DNA from: Clostridiaceae bacterium
Lineage (GTDB): Bacteria > Bacillota > Clostridia > Christensenellales > CAG-138
Direction of reading: 5' to 3'
Assembly: GCA_039683415.1 (NCBI GenBank)
Contig: JBDKRL010000006.1
Location: forward strand, 273,827 to 337,826
DNA: 64,000 nucleotides
The notes under the pieces were generated by a model. That model saw only the letters and a list, made by a program, of their open reading frames with translations. It was not told the DNA's origin and did no database searches. A program made the position numbers and the translations under genes. Positions 1-9,043 of this stretch are shown here, piece after piece (the first letter of the stretch is position 1; each line of letters starts with the position of its first letter).

Positions 1-249
1 CTGCGCCGCGCGGAAGCGATCGCGGGCAGGCGGATGGACGCTGTGATCGGCGGGTTTCACCTGCAAAGCCCCAGCCTCAAGCACAGCGAACCGCCGGAAC
101 ACATCCGCGCCGTGGGAGAGGCGCTGTTGGCGTCCGGATCTGTGTTCTACACGGGGCACTGCACGGGAGAAGAGCCGTTTCTAATGCTTAAACAGATCAT
201 GAACGAAAAACTTTTAGCTCTCTCCACGGGTGGAATATATGAACTCTAG
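1..249 (+). CDS. MBL-fold metallo-hydrolase, C-terminal part (5'-truncated by window edge)
   Basis: Frame open from base 1; GGFHL and YTGHCTG motifs typical of this MBL-fold family. Confidence 0.75.
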   Translation: MRRAEAIAGRRMDAVIGGFHLQSPSLKHSEPPEHIRAVGEALLASGSVFYTGHCTGEEPFLMLKQIMNEKLLALSTGGIYEL

Positions 250-343
250 TCTCCGGCATATCGGATGCCTTTCATTTTGATTCAACTTGGGGAATTTGCG
301 AATCCACCTTGCCCCCGGATAAGGTTTGCCGATACTCAGGGGA

Positions 344-365
344 GCCTCCGTTCGGAGGCTTTTTC
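344..365 (+). terminator. Intrinsic terminator
   Basis: AGCCTCC-gttc-GGAGGCT followed by a T run. Confidence 0.75.
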
Positions 366-390
366 TGTATTTATTGTTAGGAATAAAGGG

Positions 391-441
391 TTGACAATGC
401 TTGTCTATAATGTTAGACTGCTCTTGTCTAAACAAATAGAC
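391..441 (+). promoter_or_regulatory. SigA promoter overlapped by two putative BlaI-family operators
   Basis: TTGACA(391)-N17-TAGACT(414); palindrome GTCTA-N6-TAGAC at 403-418 and 426-441. Confidence 0.75.
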
Positions 442-456
442 CAGGAGGCGGGAATA

Positions 457-819
457 GTGCAAGACGTCTACTTAACCAATGCGGACTGGCGGCTCATGGA
501 TCTCGTTTGGGATAATGAGCCTGTCGAGTCGCCGGAACTCTGCCGCGAGGCAGAAGAAAAACTGGGCTGGAAACGGACGACCACCTATACGGTACTCAAA
601 CGGCTTTGCGAGAAAGGCTATCTCGTCAATGAAGCGTCCGTTGTGACGTCCTTGATTGCGCGGGAGGAAGCAGGACGCAAAGAAGGAAGTCAAGTGGTCA
701 GCCGCGGATTCAAAGGGTCGCTGCCCGCATTTATCGCGGCGTTCCTGGAAGGAGGCGGCATATCCGGAGATGACGCGGAGGAGATCGAAAAACTCCTGCG
801 CGCATATCGGGAGAGGTAG
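457..819 (+). CDS. BlaI/MecI/CopY family transcriptional repressor
   Basis: LTNADWRLMDLVW...WKRTTTYTVLKRLCEKG wHTH; GTG at 457 after AGGAGG; adjacent to an M56 gene. Confidence 0.9.
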   Translation: MQDVYLTNADWRLMDLVWDNEPVESPELCREAEEKLGWKRTTTYTVLKRLCEKGYLVNEASVVTSLIAREEAGRKEGSQVVSRGFKGSLPAFIAAFLEGGGISGDDAEEIEKLLRAYRER

Positions 820-822
820 CGT

Positions 823-2769
823 ATGACGGAACTTTTCCGCACGATACTGAATATGAGCGTCACGGGAGCCATTGCTGTGCTGGGCTTGCTGCTGCTGCGC
901 TTTCCGCTCAGGCGGGCGCCGCGCTGGATTCGCTGCGCGCTGTGGGCGGTGGTGTTTCTGCGCTTAGCGGTGCCGTTCAGCTTTTCCGCGCCGGTATCAC
1001 TGTTGGGCGGCGTTGGCGCGCCCGCGCCGGAAAACGGCATGGTGACGTATATTGCCGTGGATAATGCCGCTGCGCTGATCAACGATTCCGGCATAGCGAG
1101 TGAAGCGAGCGTACCGATTGCTTCGGAACTTTCCGCCGAAAGCGCCGTTTCCCTCGCGCCGACGCCGCAAGCGAGCGTCGATCCGACGCAGATTTGGCTC
1201 GCTGTCGGTTCCGCGGTCTGGCTGACCGGCACGGCGGGGATACTGCTGTATGCCGTGATCCTATATGCGCGGCTCAGAAGGCGCGTTGGCGACGCGGTGC
1301 TCGTAGAGCCGGGCGTATTTGAGACGGACGCGGTGACCTCCCCGTTCGTCATAGGGGTTCTGCGGCCGCGTATCATCCTGCCTGTCGATATGGATCAAGG
1401 AACGCGGGAGTTAGTCCTGCGGCACGAGCGGGCGCACATCAAACGGTTCGACCATGTAGCCAAACCCGCCGCGTTTCTGCTGCTTGCCGTTCACTGGTTC
1501 AACCCGCTCGTTTGGCTGGCGTTTCACCTCTTTTGCGAGGATATGGAGACCTGCTGTGACGAACAAGCCATCCGCGCGCTCACGCGCGAACAGATTGCGG
1601 CGTACGGCGAGTCGCTTCTGCGTCTCGGTACGCGCCGCGTATCGTTTGCGGGCGGCCCGCTTGCCTTTGGCGAACACTGTACGAAAGGGAGGATTATGAA
1701 CGTGCTGAACTACAAGAAACCTGCTTTCTGGGTGATTGCCGCAGCGATTGTCCTTGCGGTTGGAGCGGCGGTCGTGCTTTTGGCAAATCCTGTTTCGCTG
1801 AACACGGCGCGGGAGCTGACAGACGATGAACTGCAATATGTGGAAATCGAAGTAACGGGCGATATACAGATGGTGAGTTATTATAGTCCCCGTTTCACTT
1901 CTCAAAAAGCGGTCAAGGAAGGATTGCCGGATTTGAACAAATTCGAGCCGCAAACGAGCGCGACGCTCCTTCGCTATGATCTGATTGATGGGATATCGAT
2001 GCGATTCGATCCTGACGTGCGCCTCGATCTTTCCTTATTAAACGACACGGATAATTACGCAAATATGTTTACCGATTTCTTCGAGCGGCTGGCAAATGGG
2101 CAGCTCTATATTCAGGCGTATCTCCAGAAAAACGCAACTGGCTGTTACAACACGGAGAACGCAACAAAACTGACGAATTATGAAATTATCAACGGAGGCG
2201 AGTATACCTGCAACTTAAACTGCGAAGAGATTTATATTCAAACCGGCAATGATTACACACGCTGCGCGCAGCAGTATCTTTTCGCGCTGATGAACGCAAA
2301 CGAACTCCACTGGCAGCAGTTCGGCTATGCGCAGTATTTGGGCAGCGTGCTCAACCCATATGATATGACGCTGGCAAAGCTTGCCGAAGAAGGCATAGAT
2401 ACCTCGAAACCCTACGCGCAGGCCTATCTGGATCAGGGCGGGAACGAAAAGAACCTCACGAAAGAGGATTACCGCCTGCTCGTGGATGCGGCGGCCAGCT
2501 ATTGCCTGCAAAACGGCATGAACTGGGGTACGCTTTACGAGTCCACGCCGATTCGCTCGCTGGAGGAATTCGGCGGAGAACCGCAGAAGGGGGACGATAT
2601 GAGCGTGATGATGGCGTCTTCGTTCTGCGCGTATCTGGCGGATAACTACGGCTTCGACAAACTGACAAGCTACTGTTTCGGTCAGACGGAATTTAAAAAT
2701 ACGTTCGGCGTTTCGTTCGACCGGGCGTACAGCCGCTGGCAAAAGGTTCTTGACAAACAATTTTCGTAA
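823..2769 (+). CDS. BlaR1/MecR1-like M56 family metallopeptidase sensor
   Basis: N-terminal TM segments, SPFVIG, HERAHIKRFD zinc motif, HWFNPLVW, EDMETCCDE, then a TM and a long extracellular domain. Confidence 0.9.
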   Translation: MTELFRTILNMSVTGAIAVLGLLLLRFPLRRAPRWIRCALWAVVFLRLAVPFSFSAPVSLLGGVGAPAPENGMVTYIAVDNAAALINDSGIASEASVPIASELSAESAVSLAPTPQASVDPTQIWLAVGSAVWLTGTAGILLYAVILYARLRRRVGDAVLVEPGVFETDAVTSPFVIGVLRPRIILPVDMDQGTRELVLRHERAHIKRFDHVAKPAAFLLLAVHWFNPLVWLAFHLFCEDMETCCDEQAIRALTREQIAAYGESLLRLGTRRVSFAGGPLAFGEHCTKGRIMNVLNYKKPAFWVIAAAIVLAVGAAVVLLANPVSLNTARELTDDELQYVEIEVTGDIQMVSYYSPRFTSQKAVKEGLPDLNKFEPQTSATLLRYDLIDGISMRFDPDVRLDLSLLNDTDNYANMFTDFFERLANGQLYIQAYLQKNATGCYNTENATKLTNYEIINGGEYTCNLNCEEIYIQTGNDYTRCAQQYLFALMNANELHWQQFGYAQYLGSVLNPYDMTLAKLAEEGIDTSKPYAQAYLDQGGNEKNLTKEDYRLLVDAAASYCLQNGMNWGTLYESTPIRSLEEFGGEPQKGDDMSVMMASSFCAYLADNYGFDKLTSYCFGQTEFKNTFGVSFDRAYSRWQKVLDKQFS

Positions 2770-2831
2770 AAATAGTTATCGCAAAAAAACAGTTTCCGTA
2801 ATCGATGCCTCCCACTAAAAGGTACCCGCAA

Positions 2832-2863
2832 AAAGGGCCTCCCGACATTCCGGGAGGCCCTTT
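2832..2863. terminator. Bidirectional terminator between convergent genes
   Basis: AAAGGGCCTCCCG-acattc-CGGGAGGCCCTTT. Confidence 0.8.
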
Positions 2864-2878
2864 GCAAGTAAGTAAGCG

Positions 2879-4159
2879 TTATTCTTCTTCCGGCGCGCTC
2901 TCCGCGTCCGTTAAGCTCTCGTCCAGCAGGTCGTCGGCAGAAGAGGCGGTTCCCAGCAAGAGGCCTGTGCTGACTTCGTCCAGCTTTTCCACGGAGCGGA
3001 GCTTCTGCGTGATGGCGCGCGCGCGCACGCCGATCAGTTTTTCCAGGTCTTCGTCGGCCTGGCGCAAATGCGTCCTCGACTTGGCAAGAACGGAGCTAAA
3101 GTTGGCGAACTCCGTTTTGACCGCGCCCAGCACGCGCCAGACCTCGCTGCTGCGCTGCTGGATGGCAAACGAGCGGAAAGCCATCTGCACCGTGTTGAGC
3201 AGCGCCGCCATATTAGAAGGCCCCGCGAGGATGACATGGCATGAGCGCTGGAGTTCTTCCACCAGTCCACGGCTGGTGACTTCCGCGTAGAGCCCTTCGA
3301 ACGGGAGGAACATAAACGCGTAATCGGTGGTATGCGGCGGGTCGATGTATTTATCCCGAATCTTCGCCGCTTCCATGCGGATGCGCTGAATCAGCGCATT
3401 GCGGGCGAGCGTGACCGTTTCCTTGGAGCCGGATTCGTAGGCGTCCTGTAAAACGGCGTAAAGGTCGGCGGGGAATTTGGAATCGATGGGCAGCAGCACG
3501 GAGACGCCGTCGGCGGCGGGAATCTTGATGGCGTATTCGACGTTTTCCTTGGAGCCGGACTTAATCACCACGTCGCGCTCGTACTGCTCGGGAGCAAGGA
3601 TCTCTTCCAGAATCGCGCCAAGCTGGATTTCTCCCAGCATGCCGCGCGTTTTCACGTTGGAGAGCACCTTTTTCAGATCGCCCACGCCGGCGGCAAGCGT
3701 CTGCATTTCGCCAAGGCCCTTATACACCTGTTCGAGCCGTTCGTTGACCAGCTGGAAGGACTGCGCAACCTTCGTCTCCAGCGTTTTTTGGAGTTTTTCA
3801 TCGACGATTTTTCGCATTTCGTCGAGCTTTTGCGCGTTCTCCGTTTGGAGTTGGATCAGCCTGCGCTCAACGGTGAGGCGGATGGCTTCCAGCTTTTGTT
3901 CGTTGGTGAGCTCAAAGGTCTTAAAGCGGGTTTCGCTCTGCGAATCGCTGGTGCGCTGCTGTTCGAGAATCATGCTGCCAAGGCTGGAAACGGAGGACTG
4001 CACGCCTTCCGCCAGTTCACGCCGCAGCTCAGAGAACACGCGCGTTTGCTCGCTTCGAAATTCCTTTTGAAACGTCTGCTGAGAGCGGTACAGAAAAAGC
4101 AGCGCAAGCAGCGTTACCACAAACACGCAGAGAGAAACGACTAGAATCGTAAGTTCCAT
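2879..4159 (-). CDS. rmuC: DNA recombination protein RmuC
   Basis: N-terminal TM and coiled coil; KTRGMLGEIQL, LPIDSKFP, MFLPFEGLYAE motifs. Confidence 0.92.
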   Translation of the reverse strand: MELTILVVSLCVFVVTLLALLFLYRSQQTFQKEFRSEQTRVFSELRRELAEGVQSSVSSLGSMILEQQRTSDSQSETRFKTFELTNEQKLEAIRLTVERRLIQLQTENAQKLDEMRKIVDEKLQKTLETKVAQSFQLVNERLEQVYKGLGEMQTLAAGVGDLKKVLSNVKTRGMLGEIQLGAILEEILAPEQYERDVVIKSGSKENVEYAIKIPAADGVSVLLPIDSKFPADLYAVLQDAYESGSKETVTLARNALIQRIRMEAAKIRDKYIDPPHTTDYAFMFLPFEGLYAEVTSRGLVEELQRSCHVILAGPSNMAALLNTVQMAFRSFAIQQRSSEVWRVLGAVKTEFANFSSVLAKSRTHLRQADEDLEKLIGVRARAITQKLRSVEKLDEVSTGLLLGTASSADDLLDESLTDAESAPEEE

Positions 4160-4244
4160 TTTAATGATTCGACCTCCTTAGGCTGAGTTGAGCGGGGGTG
4201 AGCCGGAACCGACACGGCTGGGGAGAAATCGTTTTTTGCGTTGA

Positions 4245-4895
4245 TCAGCGCAGCGCGAGCGCTGTAACAAGCAGGGTTTGCGCGGCAATGTAGGTTCCCA
4301 TCACAATGACGCTGCGGTGTTTCACCGGGTGCTTGAACGCGTCGATGGAAAGCGTTGCATCCGACGCCACGAACAAAACGCCGCCGACCGCCGCCAGCCA
4401 GCAGAGCCTGGAAACGCCGGAGAAACCGAAGAGCAGCGCGCAGCAGGCCATAAACCCGATGATCATCATGTAAACGATGCTGGGCGCGCGCAGTTTTTTG
4501 GGGAGTCCCGCCCAGAGATAACGAACGAACAAGCAGGCGGCAACGGCGCAAAACAGCGCAAACGCGGCAAAGACATACCACGGCGGTAAATTCGGCAGTT
4601 CGCTCAGCATAGATACGATGTAAAAAACGTGCCCGGTCGCAAACGCAAGCATCCCGGCGGGAAACGCCCAGCGGCGCGGTCTTGCCAGCAGAAGGACATC
4701 GCCAACAAAGCCGAACAGAATCGCCGTGAGCACCAGCGGGGAAAAGACCCTTGCAAACGCCGCGTAGCTGAGCGCCAGCAGCGGCATGAGAAAACACTTG
4801 GAAACCCGCCTGAGCTTGAGCCGATCCCTGCTGGCACAGGCAAAAATATGAATGGCAACGACAACACCGTAAAGCACAAGAGCAAAATAACGCAA
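4245..4895 (-). CDS. Lysoplasmalogenase / YhhN family membrane protein
   Basis: Multi-TM; SKCFLMP, GDVLL, FATGHVFY, LFVASD, TYIAAQ motifs. Confidence 0.85.
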   Translation of the reverse strand: MRYFALVLYGVVVAIHIFACASRDRLKLRRVSKCFLMPLLALSYAAFARVFSPLVLTAILFGFVGDVLLLARPRRWAFPAGMLAFATGHVFYIVSMLSELPNLPPWYVFAAFALFCAVAACLFVRYLWAGLPKKLRAPSIVYMMIIGFMACCALLFGFSGVSRLCWLAAVGGVLFVASDATLSIDAFKHPVKHRSVIVMGTYIAAQTLLVTALALR

Positions 4896-4996
4896 AACGC
4901 TGTTCCCCCAATAGTCATCATTGTGTTAATTATAACATAACAAAGCCGCGGGCTGAAAGCACAACACGCGGCTGAATAAACAATTCATTTCACAGT

Positions 4997-5533
4997 CTAT
5001 TTTTTACCGAACACCTTGTCCACACGTTTGAGATAGCTGTTCCAGTCGTTAAAAGCGAACAGCGTTTCAATCATTTCGACTGCCGAAGCGCGGAGTTCCT
5101 GTTCGGTTGCGGCAGGCTTATTGAAGTAAGTGTAGAACTGTCTGCCCGGCAGGTGCGTTTTTGCGTTGACGACAATCGCGGTGACCGGCAGATCCAATTC
5201 CATCTTTTTGCGGATTTTGCCCATATGGAACAGGCCTTCGATTTTATACTCGTAATTGATCGACTCTTTCAGCAGCACACCAAGGAAGGGGTCGATGTTC
5301 TGCGCCGTAAACCGGTTGGCGGAGGATTCCAGATTGAAGAGCCGGTTGAGCTCGGCCGCAAGCGTGCCGTAGGTGATCAGCGGTGCGGATCCGCTGTCGA
5401 TCAGCGCCTCGACGCCTGCGCGGAGCGGCTGATCGGGAACCGGCTGAAAGCGGGAAATCTCGCCAACGAGAATCTGAGCGATCTGATAAACCACGTCCCG
5501 GTCGGTAAAAACTGATTTTCCCATTCCGTTCAT
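4997..5533 (-). CDS. Hypothetical protein with possible wHTH / alkyltransferase-like DNA-binding pattern
   Basis: 178-aa ORF with GAGG RBS; ITYGTLA ... LPVTAIVVNAKTHLPG pattern. Confidence 0.6.
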   Translation of the reverse strand: MNGMGKSVFTDRDVVYQIAQILVGEISRFQPVPDQPLRAGVEALIDSGSAPLITYGTLAAELNRLFNLESSANRFTAQNIDPFLGVLLKESINYEYKIEGLFHMGKIRKKMELDLPVTAIVVNAKTHLPGRQFYTYFNKPAATEQELRASAVEMIETLFAFNDWNSYLKRVDKVFGKK

Positions 5534-5695
5534 CCTCTTTATTCATGCTATTATGACTGATTTCTATTATAATCTAACAAATACAGATAAAACGCAGATG
5601 AAAACGGCGTTAAATCTTTGTAAGATTTCACCATATATCCGAATAAAAACAGAATCTTTCGGAAAAACAGTTTGCAGTAGCCTACAAAAACGGCG

Positions 5696-5784
5696 GCGGA
5701 ACCATATCAAAAAACATCTGTCCATCAATCAGTAAGCAGATGCGGAACCATATCAAAAAACATCTATCCATCAATCAGTAAGCA
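5696..5784. repeat. 43-bp direct repeat x2, period 46
   Basis: GCGGAACCATATCAAAAAACATCTRTCCATCAATCAGTAAGCA at 5696 and 5742, one mismatch. Confidence 0.95.
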
Positions 5785-5870
5785 TATATTGAAACTTCCG
5801 GTTTCGTAGTGTTATACTGTACCCTGAATCAATTTGGCAATTGCGAACACATAAAGGAGGAATTCCATAG

Positions 5871-6563
5871 ATGCAATATTCACATGAAGTGGAAGAAATG
5901 GTATGCGTCCTCAAGGGCGCCAAGCATGAACCCGCTCCGATCCCGGAAGAAGGCAAGTGGGTCAAAGCAAAGCAAATCACCGATATCAGCGGACTAACGC
6001 ACGGCGTCGGCTGGTGCGCGCCGCAGCAGGGCGCCTGCAAGCTCACGCTGAACGTTAAAAACGGCGTGATTGAAGAAGCGCTGGTCGAAACCCTCGGCTG
6101 CAGCGGCATGACGCACTCCGCGGCCATGGCGGCGGAAATCCTGCCCGGCAAGACCATCCTCGAAGCGCTCAACAGCGATCTCGTCTGCGACGCGATCAAC
6201 ACCGCCATGCGCGAGCTGTTCCTGCAGATCGTGTACGGCCGCACCCAGAGCGCGTTTTCCGACGACGGCCTGCCCATCGGCGCGGGTCTGGAAGACCTCG
6301 GCAAAGGCCTCCGCTCCCAGATCGGCACCATGTACGGCACAAAGTGCAAGGGCGCGCGCTATCTGGAAATGGCGGAAGGCTACGTTCTCGCCATCGGCCT
6401 CGATGAGGGCGGCGAGATTATCGGCTACAAATTCGTCAGCCTCGGCAAGATGATGGACGCGATCAAAAAAGGCGTCGATCCCAAGGAAGCATACGAAAAG
6501 AACATCGGTACCTACGGGCGTTTCGACCAGGCCGCCAAGGTAATCGACCCGCGGAAAGCGTAA
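5871..6563 (+). CDS. NifU/IscU-like Fe-S scaffold-domain protein (GGGtGRT partner)
   Basis: GWCAPQQGAC, LGCSGMTHS, LVCDAIN cysteine motifs; strong RBS; upstream TTGAAA-N18-TATACT. Confidence 0.85.
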   Translation: MQYSHEVEEMVCVLKGAKHEPAPIPEEGKWVKAKQITDISGLTHGVGWCAPQQGACKLTLNVKNGVIEEALVETLGCSGMTHSAAMAAEILPGKTILEALNSDLVCDAINTAMRELFLQIVYGRTQSAFSDDGLPIGAGLEDLGKGLRSQIGTMYGTKCKGARYLEMAEGYVLAIGLDEGGEIIGYKFVSLGKMMDAIKKGVDPKEAYEKNIGTYGRFDQAAKVIDPRKA

Positions 6564-6573
6564 GGAGGCAGCT

Positions 6574-7569
6574 ATGGCTACTTTTGAAGGATACGATAGA
6601 AGAATCGACAAGATCAACGCCGAGCTTAAGAAGTACGGCATCAACGGCATCGACGACGCGAAAGCGATTGTCGACGCAAAGGGAATCGATGTGTTCGGCA
6701 TCGTCCGCGGCATTCAGCCCATTGCGTTTGATAACGCATGCTGGGCATATACCGTGGGCGCGGCTATCGCCATCAAGACGGGGGCGGCAACCGCGGACAA
6801 AGCGGCGGAAGCAATCGGCGTCGGCCTGCAGGCGTTCTGCATTCCGGGTTCGGTTGCGGATCAGCGCGAAGTCGGCCTTGGCCACGGCAACTTAGCTGCC
6901 ATGCTGCTGCGCGAAGAAACCTCCTGCTTCTGCTTCCTTGCAGGGCACGAGAGTTTTGCCGCCGCGGAAGGCGCAATCGGCATCGCCAAGACCGCCAACA
7001 AAGTGCGCACCAAGCCCTTGCAGGTCATCCTGAACGGCCTTGGCAAGGACGCGGGCTATATCATTTCCCGCGTGAACGGTTTTACGCATGTGGAAACCGA
7101 GTACGACTACAAGACCGGTGAGCTCAAGATCGTCAGCACCAAGGCGTTCTCCAACGGCGACAAGGCGAAGGTTCGCTGCTACGGCGCGGACGACGTAAAC
7201 GAAGGCGTTGCCATCATGCGGCATGAGAGCGTGGATGTTTCCATTACCGGCAACTCCACCAACCCCACGCGCTTCCAGCACCCCGTGGCGGGCACCTACA
7301 AGAAATGGTGCATCGAGCACGGCAAGAAGTACTTCTCCGTGGCCAGCGGCGGCGGCACGGGGCGCACCCTGCATCCGGACAACATGGCGGCGGGCCCCGC
7401 TTCCTACGGTATGACGGACACGATGGGTCGTATGCATTCCGACGCGCAGTTCGCGGGCTCTTCGTCCGTTCCGGCGCACGTCGAGATGATGGGTCTCATC
7501 GGCATGGGCAACAACCCGATGGTCGGCGCTACTGTCGCCGTGGCGGTAGCCATCGCGCAGGCGAAATAA
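6574..7569 (+). CDS. GGGtGRT family protein
   Basis: Contains the eponymous SGGGTGRTLHPD and LAGHESFAAAEG motifs. Confidence 0.93.
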   Translation: MATFEGYDRRIDKINAELKKYGINGIDDAKAIVDAKGIDVFGIVRGIQPIAFDNACWAYTVGAAIAIKTGAATADKAAEAIGVGLQAFCIPGSVADQREVGLGHGNLAAMLLREETSCFCFLAGHESFAAAEGAIGIAKTANKVRTKPLQVILNGLGKDAGYIISRVNGFTHVETEYDYKTGELKIVSTKAFSNGDKAKVRCYGADDVNEGVAIMRHESVDVSITGNSTNPTRFQHPVAGTYKKWCIEHGKKYFSVASGGGTGRTLHPDNMAAGPASYGMTDTMGRMHSDAQFAGSSSVPAHVEMMGLIGMGNNPMVGATVAVAVAIAQAK

Positions 7570-7856
7570 ACAAAACACCAACTCAAGCAAAAGGACATCT
7601 TTCGAAAACGAAGGGTGTTCTTTTTTTTGATCTATTTTTAGAAAAATAGATCGGCAGGCCGTTGCCATCGTACAGGCGAAATAAACAAAACACCAACTAA
7701 AGCAAAAGGACATCTTTCGGAAACGAGAGGTGTTCTTTTTTTTGATCTATTTTTAGAAAAATAGATCGGCAGGCCGTTGCCATCGCGCAGGCGAAATAAG
7801 CCAGCTTCGATCAAGAACATCTTTCGGAAACGGGAGGTGTTCTTTTTTTTGATTTA
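7549..7856 (+). repeat. 115-bp tandem repeat (about 2.7 copies): gene 3' end + terminator + palindrome
   Basis: Units start at 7549, 7664 and 7779 with GCCATCGyrCAGGCGAAATAA; each has a terminator hairpin with T run; the first two carry GATCTATTTTT-ag-AAAAATAGATC. Confidence 0.95.
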
Positions 7857-7997
7857 GATTTGCAACGTTCAGATATTCTGTATGCAGCGATATGCAACTT
7901 GTATACACATATTGACAAGCGAACACAAAAGGGCTAAGGTAATCCGAAAGCTGCTGAAGCGCAGCATATTGTATAAAAAGATATTTGGAGAACTGTT

Positions 7998-8933
7998 TTG
8001 AAAAACTCGTCGCAATCCGGCGCCGCATCGTATTTTTATATCCTCGGCGCATTGATCATCTGGAGTTCTTCCTTTGTCGCCATCAAGGTGGCTTACGAAA
8101 CCTACCCGCCCATTACGCTGGGCGTCGCGCGGTTTGCCGTTGCAACGCTGATTCTCGGCGTGCTTGCGCTGCTGCCCCAAAATCGTATCCGCCTAGAAAA
8201 GAAGGATATCCTCACGGTTGCGACGAGCGGACTGATGGGCATTACCCTCTACGCCGTGCTGCAGAACATTGCCGTGCAGTGGACTTCCGCTTCCAGCGCG
8301 ACGCTGATTATCGCGTCGTACCCCATCATCACGCTGCTGCTGGAATCGCTGATCTATAAAATCAAGCTCAACGCGTTCAAGATCGTTGGCATTCTCATCG
8401 CCATCGGAGGAGTCGTGATCCTTTCGTATGTCAAGGCGGAAGCGCGGCAGCAGAACGAACTGCTCGGTGTCGTCATGCTGATCGTGGCGGGCGTGGTCTG
8501 GGCGTTTTATAATTTTCTCACCAAAAAGGTGGTCAACAGCTATCCTTCCATCACGCTGTTGTTTTACCAGACGCTGTTCGGCACCGTCTTTATGCTGCCG
8601 CTGGCGCTGCTGGAGCGCGGTCAGTGGGCGGCGCCTACGCTGATGACATTTTCGATGATGCTGTTTCTCGGCGTGTTCTGCTCGGTGATTGCGTTTTTAC
8701 TGTACAACACGGCGCTCAAAAAGCTTTCCGCCAGCTCCGTGACGTCCATGCTGAACCTTGTGCCGATCTTTGGCGTTTTCTTCTCCTGGGTGCTGCTGGG
8801 CGAGCAGGTGACCGTTCGCAAACTGATTGGCGGCGCAATCGTCATCCTCGGCGTTATGCTGAGCGTACGGAACGTCCAGAATTCGAAAACGGAGGGAAAC
8901 CCTGCCTGTCCGCGGCCGGAGGAAGAAAAATAA
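7998..8933 (+). CDS. DMT/EamA family transporter
   Basis: Two EamA repeats, about 10 TM; IWSSSFVAIK, PITLGVARF, NLVPIFG. Confidence 0.9.
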   Translation: MKNSSQSGAASYFYILGALIIWSSSFVAIKVAYETYPPITLGVARFAVATLILGVLALLPQNRIRLEKKDILTVATSGLMGITLYAVLQNIAVQWTSASSATLIIASYPIITLLLESLIYKIKLNAFKIVGILIAIGGVVILSYVKAEARQQNELLGVVMLIVAGVVWAFYNFLTKKVVNSYPSITLLFYQTLFGTVFMLPLALLERGQWAAPTLMTFSMMLFLGVFCSVIAFLLYNTALKKLSASSVTSMLNLVPIFGVFFSWVLLGEQVTVRKLIGGAIVILGVMLSVRNVQNSKTEGNPACPRPEEEK

Positions 8934-9014
8934 GCGTTCCAGCCGGTTTATCCGGCTTTTCTTTTAAAATGCTTAAGAAACGCATAGGATAACCATTAAA
9001 ATCCGGCTTATTCG

Positions 9015-9043
9015 TTGCAAATAACCGATGAAACGTATAGAAT
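9015..9043 (+). promoter_or_regulatory. SigA promoter
   Basis: TTGCAA-N17-TAGAAT upstream of the ECF gene. Confidence 0.6.

Noticed and set aside
265-456. N-terminal extensions in the ORF track (blaI here; also recG, recN, gntR, flippase, ispA, fakA)
   Set aside because: They run through promoters, terminators or upstream genes; downstream starts match family N-termini and mostly have an RBS.
7549-7856. Repeats here, at grpE and at 58099-58266 as CRISPR arrays
   Set aside because: Too few units, no regular unique spacers, repeats derive from gene ends or hairpins, and no cas genes are present.
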